From NCBI GenBank assembly GCA_963707215.1, contig CAVPPB010000001.1:448001-512000 (forward strand): 64,000 nt of DNA. The letters are read 5' to 3'. Both the position numbers and the translations under genes were made by a program. This DNA is from an uncultured Chloroflexia bacterium (GTDB lineage Bacteria; Chloroflexota; Limnocylindria; Limnocylindrales; CSP1-4). Shown in pieces: positions 1 to 9,437 of this stretch. Each line of letters starts with the position of its first letter. Position 1 is the stretch's first letter. The notes under the pieces were generated by a model that had not been told where the DNA came from, ran no database searches, and saw only the letters and a program-made list of their open reading frames with translations.

Positions 1-1160
1 CTGACCATGATCCTTGCCAGCATCACGAATGGGCTCCAGAAGGGGACGAACGAGGCGATCCGGGCGAGGGCGTCGAAGCCGCCCGGGATCGACACGATGG
101 CGATCAGATAGCCGGCCATCGAGAGCAGGCTCAGGGGCAGGGCGACGACCTGGAGGTCCTCCTGACGGCTGACCAGCGATCCGGCGGCCGCGTAGATGAC
201 CGCGTAGAAGGCGAAACCCAGGACGAAGTAGGCAAGGAAGGCGACCAGGAGCCCCGGGGTGAGCCCGGCCAGCGAGACGGTCTCTCCGGCCGCAGGCCCC
301 AGGATGGCAGCCGCCAGCACCTCCTGGACGACCAGGATGAGGCCAGCAGGCAGGAGGATCGCCAGGTACTGGGTCAAGCCGGCCGCACCAAGCCCGACGA
401 CCTTCCCGGCCAGCAGCTGCTCGGCCGACGCCGCGCTGACGAGCAGCTCCATGACTCGCGAGCTCTTCTCGGTGGCCACGCCGGCGGCCACCCACATCCC
501 GTAGATGACCAGGGTGATGAAGATCAGGACGACGAAGGCGATGGCCAGGAACGAGCGGCTGGCGGCCACCGTGGGGTCGACCGGCCGACCGCCCTCGGTC
601 GCCCCGCCGCTCGCCACGATGTCGTAGCCCGGGACACGGAAGGCGTCGGCTCCAGGGTCGATCGTGCCGTCGGCCTGCCAGTCCAGGATGGCCGCGCCCA
701 GGGCCGCGAAACCGACCAGCTGGGCCGTCGTGGAGCCGCGCGGCCCGGCGGTGTGGAAGGTGAACGAAAGTCCCCCGGACTCGAGCCGCTCGACGATGAC
801 GGTGCCGGCGATCGAGCTCGCCTCGACGGCGGCGATCTCGGCCTGGGCCGAGGTTCCGGCGACGATGTCGTAGGGCTCGACCCAGCCGGGCGGCCCGGTA
901 CCCGTCGGCGGCATGTTGAGCACGCCGCCCAGCGAGGCGATGGTCAGCGACTCGACCGCCGGATCGTCGGCGACGACGGTGAGCGTCTGGATGGTCGTCC
1001 GCTCAGCCAGCCGGATCACCAGCGGCCCGAGGGCGATCGTGCCGGCGATGAGCGCCAGGATCACGGTCGAGACGATGAAGAGGCGGCTGCGCACGCGCTC
1101 GCGGTACTCGCGAGCGGCCACCCGTCCTGCGTTGGGGACGAGCGGCTCGTGTCGGCTCAT
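1..1160 (-). CDS. ABC-2 type transporter permease (NatB/YhaP-like), 3' end runs off window
   Basis: Not in the ORF track; translated by hand from ATG at 1160: MSRHEPLVPNAGRVAAREYRERVRSRLFIVST...VATEKSSRVMELLVSAASAEQLLAGKVVG (ABC-2 EK motif). ATGA overlap with upstream ATPase. Confidence 0.88.
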   Translation of the reverse strand, partial: MSRHEPLVPNAGRVAAREYRERVRSRLFIVSTVILALIAGTIALGPLVIRLAERTTIQTLTVVADDPAVESLTIASLGGVLNMPPTGTGPPGWVEPYDIVAGTSAQAEIAAVEASSIAGTVIVERLESGGLSFTFHTAGPRGSTTAQLVGFAALGAAILDWQADGTIDPGADAFRVPGYDIVASGGATEGGRPVDPTVAASRSFLAIAFVVLIFITLVIYGMWVAAGVATEKSSRVMELLVSAASAEQLLAGKVVGLGAAGLTQYLAILLPAGLILVVQEVLAAAILGPAAGETVSLAGLTPGLLVAFLAYFVLGFAFYAVIYAAAGSLVSRQEDLQVVALPLSLLSMAGYLIAIVSIPGGFDALARIASFVPFWSPFVMLARIMV

Positions 1161-2185
1161 CGCCGCGCCTCCCCCGCCGTCGCGGGATCCGACGGTGCCG
1201 GTACCGGCCCGTCGGCAGCCGCGTCCGGGGGTTGCCTCGTCGGCGAAGGCACGTGCGAGGGCCCCAGCGAAGCCGCCTCGCTGGCCGGCCGGCCGACACG
1301 CTCGATGAAGAGCTGCTCCAGCGAAGGCTCAAGGACCTCGAACCGACGGACCTTCAGGCCCCGGGCCAGCGCGGCCGCCAGGACGTCGTCCGGCTCGACC
1401 GCCGGATCGAGCGCCAGCTCGACCTCGTCGACGCCGGGTCGGACGACCCGAACGCCGTGGAGATCGTCGAGCCAGGCCGTCTCGCCGGCCGTCTCGAAGC
1501 CGATCCGGATGGCCCGGCCACGGGCCGCCCGCTTCACCTCGCGCAGCTCGCCTGCCACCACGAGTCGGCCCCGGTCGATGATGGCCACGGACTCGCACAT
1601 CGCCTCGACGGTCTCCATCTGGTGGGTCGAGAAGACCAGGGTGCGGCCGCGCTCGCGCAGCTCGAGGAATGCCTCCCGGAGCAGGGCGGCGTTGACCGGG
1701 TCGAGCCCGGTGAACGGCTCGTCCATCAGGAGGACCTCCGGATCGTGGAGGACGGCCGCCAGGAACTGGATCTTCTGCTGGTTGCCCTTCGAGAGCTCCT
1801 CGGCCGGGCGATCGGCCAGGTCCGGGATGCGGAGCCGATCGAGCCAGTCGAGGGCGTCGCGCCGTGCCCGGTCGGCGGACACGCCGTGGAGGCCGGCGAA
1901 GAAGACCAGCTGATCGACGACCCGCATCCGGGGATAGAGACCGCGCTCCTCGGGCAGGTAGCCGAAGGTCGACCGAGGCAGGTCGAGGGTAGAGCGGCCC
2001 CGCCAGGTGATCGCCCCGGCGTCGGGCCGGACGACCCCGAGGGCGATCCGCATCGTGGTCGTCTTGCCGGCCCCGTTGGCGCCGAGGAAGCCGAAGACCT
2101 GACCGGCGGGCGCCTCGAACGACAGGTCGTCGAGAGCCGTGACCGGCCCGAAGCGCTTGACGACGCCGTCGACGACGAGGCTCAT
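1157..2185 (-). CDS. ABC transporter ATP-binding protein
   Basis: Walker A GANGAGKTT, signature LSKGNQQ, Walker B LLMDE, H-loop STH; GGAGG upstream of ATG 2185. Confidence 0.93.
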   Translation of the reverse strand: MSLVVDGVVKRFGPVTALDDLSFEAPAGQVFGFLGANGAGKTTTMRIALGVVRPDAGAITWRGRSTLDLPRSTFGYLPEERGLYPRMRVVDQLVFFAGLHGVSADRARRDALDWLDRLRIPDLADRPAEELSKGNQQKIQFLAAVLHDPEVLLMDEPFTGLDPVNAALLREAFLELRERGRTLVFSTHQMETVEAMCESVAIIDRGRLVVAGELREVKRAARGRAIRIGFETAGETAWLDDLHGVRVVRPGVDEVELALDPAVEPDDVLAAALARGLKVRRFEVLEPSLEQLFIERVGRPASEAASLGPSHVPSPTRQPPDAAADGPVPAPSDPATAGEARR

Positions 2186-2393
2186 GGACGTGGCTGCCTC
2201 CGGGAGGTGACGCTGCGCCGAGGATATCCCCGACCGGTCGGAGCATCCTCGGCCCGGTCCGGTCGGGGGCAGCGGCCGATGGTCCCGGTGGCAGGGAGGC
2301 GCTGGCCCCACGGGGCCCATCATCCCGCACGGTCCCGGGACGCGCATCCGGGGTTCTCCCGGCATCGCCGGGCCTGCCCCTAGAATGCGCCCC

Positions 2394-2789
2394 GTGACGA
2401 ACCCCATGACGAACCCCGTGCCGAACCCCGACCCGAACCGGCCGACCCGCATCCACGCCGACCGGACCGCCGCGCGGCTGGAGATCGCCTGGGCCGACGG
2501 CCACGAGACGACCTACGAGCTCGTGGCCCTGCGCTGGCTCTGCCCGTGCGCCTACTGCCGGGGCGAGGCGGGGCTGCCCGGCTGGCTCGACTCCGGCCCG
2601 ACCCTGACGCCGGAGCAGACCCGCCTCGTCGACCTCCAGCTCGTCGGCAACTACGCGGTCGCCCCGACCTGGGGCGACGGTCACCACACAGGCTTCTACG
2701 CCTTCGATCTGCTCCGCGACCGCTGTCCGTGCCGCGACTGCGCCACCCGGCGAGCGTCCTCGTCGGCGGACCTTCGCCCGCCCGGCTAG
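2394..2789 (+). CDS. DUF971 / GBBH-like N-terminal domain protein
   Basis: W-x-DGH...LRWLCPCAYC...VGNYAV...WGDGH-x-TGFY motifs; GTG 7 nt downstream of TAGAAT (start inferred). Confidence 0.85.
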   Translation: MTNPMTNPVPNPDPNRPTRIHADRTAARLEIAWADGHETTYELVALRWLCPCAYCRGEAGLPGWLDSGPTLTPEQTRLVDLQLVGNYAVAPTWGDGHHTGFYAFDLLRDRCPCRDCATRRASSSADLRPPG

Positions 2790-2882
2790 ACAGGCGCCCA
2801 CGCCGGGGCGGAGCGCCGGCCCGTGCTACGATTCGCGGTCAGTCCAGCGTCGAGCGCCTGTCGGGGACGCGATCCCGCGGGC

Positions 2883-5075
2883 ATGCACCGGGAGCAGACC
2901 GCCGTGACCGCCGTCGAGTCGCCGCAGACCCGCCCCACGGGCGCGCGGTCCGGCCGTGGGCGGCGGGCCCGAGCCACCGTCCCCTACCTCAACCGGGAGT
3001 TCTCCTGGCTGCAGTTCAACGCCCGGGTCCTCCACGAGGCGCGCGATCATCGGAACCCGCTCCTGGAGCGGGCCAAGTTCCTGGCCATCTTCGCCAGCAA
3101 CCTCGACGAGTTCTTCCAGGTCCGGATCACCGGCCTCCGGGAGCAGGTCCGATCCGGATCGACGAAGTCCTCGATCGACGGCAAGAGCCCGGTCGAGCAG
3201 CTCGCCGAGGCCCGGACGCGGGTCCTCGAGCTGGTGGCCGAGCAGTCGGCCATCTTCAACGACGTCAAGGCCGGCCTCGCCGAGCACGGCATCACGATCG
3301 CCGAGTACGCCGAGGTCCCCGAGCATCATGAACAGCTCCGCCAGCGGTTCCTGGAGGAGATCTTCCCGGTCCTCACCCCGCTGGCCGTCGACCCGGGCCA
3401 CCCCTTCCCGTACATCAGCACGCTGAGCCTGTCGATCGCCGTCGGCCTCCACGACCCCGACACCGGCGACCGGCGCTTCGCCCGGGTCAAGGTCCCGCCG
3501 ATCCTGCCTCGCTTCGTCGAAGTCGAGCCGTCGCGGTTCGTGCTCCTGGACCAGATCATCGAGGCGAACCTGGACCTGCTCTTCCGGGGCATGGAGATCG
3601 TCGAGACCCACCTCTTCCGGGTCACTCGCAACGCCGACCTGGCGATCGAAGAGGACGAGGCCGACGACCTGCTCATGGCCGTCGAGGAGGAGCTCCGGCG
3701 GCGTCGCTTCGGCGGTCCGGTGCGGCTCGAGGTGGAGCGCTCCATGCCGGGCACGACGCGCGACATCCTGCTCCGCGGCATCGGCCTCACCGAGGACGAC
3801 TGCTACGAGATCAGTGGCATGCTCGACCACACGGCCCTGTGGCAGCTGGTCTCCCTCGATCGACCCGACCTCTCGATCGCCCCCTGGTCGCCGATCACCC
3901 CACCGCGCCTGCTCCCACCGGACGAGGACGAGCCGACCGACATCTTCGCGGTCATCCGCAACGGCGACCTCCTGGTCCACCATCCCTACGAGAGCTTCGC
4001 GGCCTCGACGGAGCGCTTCGTGGCCCAGGCGGCCGACGACCCCGAGGTCATGACGATCAAGGCGACGCTCTACCGGACCTCCGGCGATTCGCCGATCGTC
4101 CACTCGCTGATCCGGGCGGCCGAGCGCCGCAAGCAGGTCGTGGTCCTGGTCGAGATCAAGGCCCGCTTCGACGAGGAGGCCAACATCGTCTGGGCCCGCA
4201 AGCTCGAGCAGGCCGGGGCCCACGTCGTCTACGGGCTCGTGGGCCTCAAGACGCACTCCAAGATCGCCCTGGTCGTCCGTCGCGAGGGCTCGATCCTCCG
4301 TCGCTACGTCCACATCGGGACCGGCAACTACCACCCCAGGACGGCCCGCCTCTACGTCGACCTGGGGCTCCTCAGTTGCCGCGAGGACCTCGGCGCCGAC
4401 GTCACAGACCTCTTCAACGTCCTGACCGGGCTCTCGCGCCAGCGCGAGTTCCGCCGCCTGCTCGTGGCCCCGCACACGATGCGCCAGCGATTCCTGGAGC
4501 TGGTCGATCGCGAGATCGCCCACGCCCGGGCGGGCCGGCAGGCCCGGATCATCGTCAAGACGAACGCGATCGTCGACCTCGCCTCGATCGAAGCCCTCTA
4601 CCGGGCCGGCCAGGCCGGCGTGGAGGTCGACCTGATCATCCGCGGCATCTGCTGCCTGGTGCCCGGGATCGAGGGCGTCTCGGACCGCATCAGGGTCCGC
4701 TCCGTCGTCGGCGAGTTCCTGGAGCATTCCCGCATCTGGGGCTTCGCCAACGGCGGCCGCGACGAGTGGTACCTGGGCTCGGCCGATCTCATGGAGCGCA
4801 ATCTCGACCGCCGCATCGAGGCGGCCACGCCGGTCGACGATCCGATCGCCCAGGAGCGGCTCCGGGAGGTCGTCGAGGTGATGATGGCCGACGATCGGCA
4901 CTCGTGGCAGCTGGGCTCCGATGCGATCTGGCGCCGGACCGAGGAGATCGACGGCCGAGAGGGGCATCTCGGCACCTTCGAGGTGCTGAAGGACCGCGCC
5001 CTGGCCGCCCAGGAGGTCGCGGTGACGCCGCACCGGCCGGGCGAGGGCACCGGCTCGCTGGACCCGAGGGCCTAG
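2883..5075 (+). CDS. ppk1: Polyphosphate kinase 1
   Basis: YLNREFSWLQFNARVL, SNLDEFF, GHPFPYI, HHPYESF, LKTHSK, GTGNY, NLDRRIE motifs; start uncertain (2823/2883/2904). Confidence 0.97.
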   Translation: MHREQTAVTAVESPQTRPTGARSGRGRRARATVPYLNREFSWLQFNARVLHEARDHRNPLLERAKFLAIFASNLDEFFQVRITGLREQVRSGSTKSSIDGKSPVEQLAEARTRVLELVAEQSAIFNDVKAGLAEHGITIAEYAEVPEHHEQLRQRFLEEIFPVLTPLAVDPGHPFPYISTLSLSIAVGLHDPDTGDRRFARVKVPPILPRFVEVEPSRFVLLDQIIEANLDLLFRGMEIVETHLFRVTRNADLAIEEDEADDLLMAVEEELRRRRFGGPVRLEVERSMPGTTRDILLRGIGLTEDDCYEISGMLDHTALWQLVSLDRPDLSIAPWSPITPPRLLPPDEDEPTDIFAVIRNGDLLVHHPYESFAASTERFVAQAADDPEVMTIKATLYRTSGDSPIVHSLIRAAERRKQVVVLVEIKARFDEEANIVWARKLEQAGAHVVYGLVGLKTHSKIALVVRREGSILRRYVHIGTGNYHPRTARLYVDLGLLSCREDLGADVTDLFNVLTGLSRQREFRRLLVAPHTMRQRFLELVDREIAHARAGRQARIIVKTNAIVDLASIEALYRAGQAGVEVDLIIRGICCLVPGIEGVSDRIRVRSVVGEFLEHSRIWGFANGGRDEWYLGSADLMERNLDRRIEAATPVDDPIAQERLREVVEVMMADDRHSWQLGSDAIWRRTEEIDGREGHLGTFEVLKDRALAAQEVAVTPHRPGEGTGSLDPRA

Positions 5076-5079
5076 CTCG

Positions 5080-6939
5080 GTGGACACGGCGCGGCCCGTC
5101 GAGGTCGAGCTCAAGTACCGTGTCACCGACCCCGCCGTCGGCCGCGAGATCCTCGACGGACCGACGCTCGGCCCCCTGATGGCCCGCGACACGGTCCGCT
5201 CGTCCCAGACCGAGGATCGCTACGTCGACACGCCGGACGGGTCGCTCGCGCGGGCCGGCTTCGCCGCCCGACTCCGGCGGACCGGTGGCGGCGACATCAT
5301 CTCGGTCAAGTCGCTCGCCTCCGTCCGGGTCGGCTCGATGAACCACCGCGAGGAGCTCGAGGGACCGGCCATCCGGGGTGACGCCCCGTCCGACTGGCCA
5401 CCATCGTCCGCCCGCTCGTTGGTCCTGGAGCTGGCCGGCGACGCCTACCTGGTGGAGCTCGTGACGATCCGCCAGCTCCGCCATCGGCGCCACTTCGGCG
5501 ACGCCGACGGCGCCCTGGTCGAGCTCAGCCTCGACGAGGTGGACGTCGTCGCGAGCGGTCGCATCGTCGAGCACTTCACCGAGCTCGAGGCGGAGCTGAA
5601 GGACGGCTCCGAGCCCGCGCTCAACGCGGTCGCGGAGGTCCTCGACGCTCATCCCGGGCTGACGGCCGATCCGGCGTCCAAGCTGCAGCGCGCGTTGACC
5701 GCTGCCGGGATCCCCGCCGGCGGGACCGGGACTGCCGCACCATCGAGCGCCGAGGAGGGGTCGATGACCGACGAGACTAGAGCGCCCGCTCTGCCGCAGG
5801 GGTCCGACGCGTCGCTGTCCGAGCCCGCGGTGCCCGTCGAGACGGGGATCGCCGCGGTGGAGGCCTCGACCGACGGCGAAGCCGAGGCGCCGACGGCCGA
5901 GGTGGCGAGCCCCGAGGCGCCACCGACCGAGGTGCCGGCCCTCGAGGCGCCGCCAGCCAAGATCGCGCCGGTCAGGCCGCAGCGTCCGCCCCGACCGAAG
6001 CTGAGCGTCGGCAAGAGCCCGGGGGTCCGCGGCGATGACACCCTCGCCGAGGCGGGTCGGAAGGTCCTCCGTTTCCACTTCGCCCGGATGCTCGCCCGGG
6101 AGGAAGGCACCCGGCTCGGCGAGGTCGCCGAGGAGCTCCACGGGATGCGGGTCGCCACTCGCCGGATGCGGGCCGCCTTCCGGGTCTTCGGGGAGGCCTA
6201 CCGGCCCGGCCGGACGCGGCGCTACCGCCGCGACCTCCGCGACGTGGCCCGTCGGCTGGGCGCGGTCCGCGACCTCGATGTCCTGATCGAAGGTCTGACG
6301 GTGTATGCGGCCGACCTGCCCGCGGCCGAGGCCGCGGCCCTCGAGCCGCTCGTGGCCGGCTGGCGCCAGCAGCGCGAGGACGCCCGGACGCTGCTCGGTC
6401 GGACCCTCGACTCCGCTGACTACCGCCGCTTCGTGGATGGCTTCCTGGAGTTCGTCCGGACCGAGGGCATGGCCGTGCAGCCGGTCGCCCCGACGGCCCC
6501 GCACCGGGTCCGCGACGAGATGCCGGCCCACATCTGGGCGGCCTACGCTCAGGTCCGAGCCTATGAGCCGGTCCTCCGCTGGGCCGACGTCGAGACGCTC
6601 CACGAGCTGCGGATCGCTGCCAAGTGGCTCCGGTACACGATGGAGTTCGTCCGCGAGCCGCTCGGGCCCGAGGCGGAGCCGCTCATCGAGCGGGTCGTCG
6701 CCCTCCAGGACCATCTCGGCTGGCTCCACGACGCCGACGTCGCTTCCGCCCTTGCTCGCTCATTCCTCGTCGAGCACGCAGCCGACCTGTCCGAGGAGCA
6801 GACGGGGGCCATCGGCCGCTACCTCGTGGAGCGCGAGCGCGAGCTGGCCCGCCTTCGGCGGTCGGTCGGCGCACCGTGGCGGCGGGTCGCCGGCCTGGCC
6901 TTCCGCCGAGCACTCGGGCGGGTGGTCGCCGGGCTCTGA
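5080..6939 (+). CDS. CYTH domain + CHAD domain protein (polyP-associated)
   Basis: N-terminal EVELKY...ELEAELK (CYTH ExExK); C-terminal LHGMRVATRRMR, LGAVRDLDV, LHELRIAAKWLRY, LQDHLGWLHD (CHAD). Confidence 0.92.
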   Translation: MDTARPVEVELKYRVTDPAVGREILDGPTLGPLMARDTVRSSQTEDRYVDTPDGSLARAGFAARLRRTGGGDIISVKSLASVRVGSMNHREELEGPAIRGDAPSDWPPSSARSLVLELAGDAYLVELVTIRQLRHRRHFGDADGALVELSLDEVDVVASGRIVEHFTELEAELKDGSEPALNAVAEVLDAHPGLTADPASKLQRALTAAGIPAGGTGTAAPSSAEEGSMTDETRAPALPQGSDASLSEPAVPVETGIAAVEASTDGEAEAPTAEVASPEAPPTEVPALEAPPAKIAPVRPQRPPRPKLSVGKSPGVRGDDTLAEAGRKVLRFHFARMLAREEGTRLGEVAEELHGMRVATRRMRAAFRVFGEAYRPGRTRRYRRDLRDVARRLGAVRDLDVLIEGLTVYAADLPAAEAAALEPLVAGWRQQREDARTLLGRTLDSADYRRFVDGFLEFVRTEGMAVQPVAPTAPHRVRDEMPAHIWAAYAQVRAYEPVLRWADVETLHELRIAAKWLRYTMEFVREPLGPEAEPLIERVVALQDHLGWLHDADVASALARSFLVEHAADLSEEQTGAIGRYLVERERELARLRRSVGAPWRRVAGLAFRRALGRVVAGL

Positions 6940-6990
6940 TCCGGCCCCGTCAGCGAGGCGACGACCACCGGAGTCGGTCGACCAGGGTGG

Positions 6991-8727
6991 TCAGTCGACC
7001 CAACCGTGGGCCAGCGACTCGAGTCGGTCGCGCCAGGACGCACCCGCGTGACCGAGCGCCCGGACGAGACCTTCGCGGAGGCCAGAGCTCGATGCGACCA
7101 GTCGATCAAGGCCGTAGTGCTCCAGCAGCATCGCCAGGATGACGGCGCCGGCCGGCAGCATCCTCGCCCGCTCGGGCCGGATCACATGTCGTTCGGCGAA
7201 GGTCGCCGCCGGTTCGGCCATCAGGATCGCCAGGGCGTCCTCGAGACGCCGCGCCGTCAGGATCCGGTCCGTGGAGGCGGCAGGCACGACCAAGACGAGG
7301 TTGTCCGCGGTCCCTCCCACCGCGACAAGGTCGGACATGGCCGCCACCGGCGCCGCCGCCAGGCGCTCCCGGACTGCCGCTCGGAGCGTTTCGATCTCCC
7401 GGGGCGCCGGCGGATCGTCGCTCAGGTAGCTGTCGGTCAGCCTGGCTGACCCCACCGGGAGGCCGAACGCGGACGCCCGCCGCCCGGGGCTCACGAGGAC
7501 GAGCTCGCTGCTTCCGCCACCGACGTCGATGACACCGAGCTCTGAGGTCACCGGGCGCCCCTCGGTCGCCCCGAGGAGGGTGAGAAAGGCTTCCTCTTCG
7601 TGACCCAGGACGTGGACCGGGACGCCGGAGGCCCGCTCGACATCGGCGATGGCCCGCGCCGAGTCGCCCGAGCGACGCAGGGGCTCGGTGCCGACGATCG
7701 CGATCGAGGTCGCGCCGAGCTCCCGGGCCGTGTCGACGTAGCGTGCGAGCGCGGCTGCCAGCTCGGCACGGAGCTCCGGCCCGAGGACTCCGGCATCTGC
7801 CGCCCGGCCGAGCCCGAGGAACACGGACTCGTCGACCAGCGGCTCGATCCGATGGTCCTCGAGAGCCGCGACAAGGAGGTGGACCGAATTGGACCCAGCG
7901 TCGATGGCGGCAGCGATCATCCGGCCCGGAGCCGGGGGCTCGATCACGGCCTGCTCCGGCTCGGCGACCGGAGTGGGCAACACGGCCGCGGGGGGCTCAG
8001 CCACCGGCGGCGACTCGACGGACGCACGCGGCAGGTCCTCCGACACGGGAGCCCCGGCGGGTGCGGCCAGGTCCAGGCCCGCAGGTCCGGGCCCCTCGGC
8101 CTCCTGCGGCTGCCCTGGTGCCGTCGGGACCCCGACCTCTGATCCCACGGCAACCTCGGGACCGGCCGACCACTCGGGCCCTCCGGGCTGGGGTTCCCCG
8201 GTCGCCTCGGGGTCCGCGGTCGCTTCGGGCTCGTCGGGCTCGTCGGGCTCGTCGGGCTCGTCGGCACGCGCGGCCTGCTCGGCCGCCTCGGCCTCGTCGA
8301 TCGACTCGGCGGCGTCGTCGGCAAGCGTGGAGGCGATGTCGGCGTGATCCTCACCCGCGTCCGCGTGCTGGAGGCTCGACTCGCCGAGCTGCGCGAGGGC
8401 GCCCTCCGCCATCGCCACGGATGGCCACACGTAGGCAGCTGCCGGCCCGGAGATGGATCGACTCGCGTTGAGGACGTCCTCGGCCGCCGCCCGCACGTCG
8501 GCCTCGGCCGCGCCCAGACGTCGCCGGCGCTTCCGGCCCTTGCGCCCGGCGGCGATCGCCTCGGAGAGCCGGCGGCGGCGGCGCTCGGCCTCGGCAAGTG
8601 CCAGCGAGAGCGACGCATCGCGCCGGGCCAGGCGACGGAGAGCGCGACGGCCGCCGCGGTCGAGGGACGCAGCGATCTCCTCGTCGACCCCTGGCGGCCA
8701 CCGTCGGCCCTGGTCACGCTTGCCCAT
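6991..8727 (-). CDS. ppx: Ppx/GppA family exopolyphosphatase with long N-terminal extension
   Basis: AAIDAGSNSVHL, DVGGGSSE, GLREG motifs in the C-terminal ~310 aa; GGGAG upstream of ATG 8727. Confidence 0.85.
   Translation of the reverse strand: MGKRDQGRRWPPGVDEEIAASLDRGGRRALRRLARRDASLSLALAEAERRRRRLSEAIAAGRKGRKRRRRLGAAEADVRAAAEDVLNASRSISGPAAAYVWPSVAMAEGALAQLGESSLQHADAGEDHADIASTLADDAAESIDEAEAAEQAARADEPDEPDEPDEPEATADPEATGEPQPGGPEWSAGPEVAVGSEVGVPTAPGQPQEAEGPGPAGLDLAAPAGAPVSEDLPRASVESPPVAEPPAAVLPTPVAEPEQAVIEPPAPGRMIAAAIDAGSNSVHLLVAALEDHRIEPLVDESVFLGLGRAADAGVLGPELRAELAAALARYVDTARELGATSIAIVGTEPLRRSGDSARAIADVERASGVPVHVLGHEEEAFLTLLGATEGRPVTSELGVIDVGGGSSELVLVSPGRRASAFGLPVGSARLTDSYLSDDPPAPREIETLRAAVRERLAAAPVAAMSDLVAVGGTADNLVLVVPAASTDRILTARRLEDALAILMAEPAATFAERHVIRPERARMLPAGAVILAMLLEHYGLDRLVASSSGLREGLVRALGHAGASWRDRLESLAHGWVD
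8228..8263. repeat. 9-bp tandem repeat (GGCTCGTCG)x4 encoding DEP repeats in the Ppx extension
   Basis: Seen directly: ggctcgtcg repeated four times in tandem; protein reads ADEPDEPDEPDEPE. Confidence 0.85.
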
Positions 8728-8837
8728 CAGGATCTCCCGCCTGTGCTGGGGTGGGCCGGCGACTCACCTGGGCCGCCGGTGCCCCTCCAGTGTGCCACCC
8801 TCGGGACGCTGTCTGGGCGCGGACCCCGATCGCCCGC

Positions 8838-9248
8838 TCAGGACCCGCCGACAGCGACAGCGTCGATCGCCCGCCGAAGCCGTTCGGCGGCTTCCTCGGC
8901 GACCCTGGCGACCTCCGGGTCGCCGACGATCCCCATCGCCGCAAGGGGGTCCATCGCCTCGACGATGGTCCCATCGCTGTCCGCTCGCAGGACGACGTTG
9001 CACGGGAGCAGGACGCCGACTGATGGGGCGGCCTGGAGAGCCCGATGGGCCAGCGGCGGGTTGCAGGCGCCCAGGATCACGTATGGAGCGAGGTCGACGC
9101 CCAGCTTGGCCCGCATCGTCGCGGCCACGTCGATCTCGGTCAGGACCCCGAACCCCTCGGTCCGCAGGGCCGCCTCGACGACCGGGCGGACCTCTTCGAG
9201 GGGCGCCTCCAGGCGAGTGCCGAAGGAGTAGCTCGTTCCGATCGCCAT
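8838..9248 (-). CDS. DUF302 domain protein
   Basis: EGFGVLTEIDV..., ILGACNPPLA, GVLLPCNVVL motifs; GGGAGG upstream of ATG 9248. Confidence 0.93.
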   Translation of the reverse strand: MAIGTSYSFGTRLEAPLEEVRPVVEAALRTEGFGVLTEIDVAATMRAKLGVDLAPYVILGACNPPLAHRALQAAPSVGVLLPCNVVLRADSDGTIVEAMDPLAAMGIVGDPEVARVAEEAAERLRRAIDAVAVGGS

Positions 9249-9305
9249 GTGTGACCTCCCGGGATGCATACCTTGTACTTGCGTTCTTGCGCAAATACTA
9301 AAGGA

Positions 9306-9337
9306 GTCCGGGCATCTCGTCCTGTCCGGGCATCTCG
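9306..9337. repeat. 14-bp direct repeat GTCCGGGCATCTCG x2 (period 18) in divergent promoter region
   Basis: Copies at 9306-9319 and 9324-9337, next to an AT-rich tract containing TTGCGCAA. Confidence 0.75.
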
Positions 9338-9437
9338 GCATGGGACCGAGGACCGTTCGGCGAGAGCCGTCGTGGCGCCACGATGATTAACGCTGTCGAA
9401 ATGACGCGTTGCCAGGGCCGTCCGAACCTGCCTCCCG

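Noticed and set aside
2826-5192. Long antisense or alternate-frame ORFs (e.g. 788 aa opposite ppk1, 828 aa opposite gltX, 823 aa opposite the S8 gene)
   Set aside because: Shadow ORFs expected in high-GC DNA with few stop codons; no recognisable motifs.
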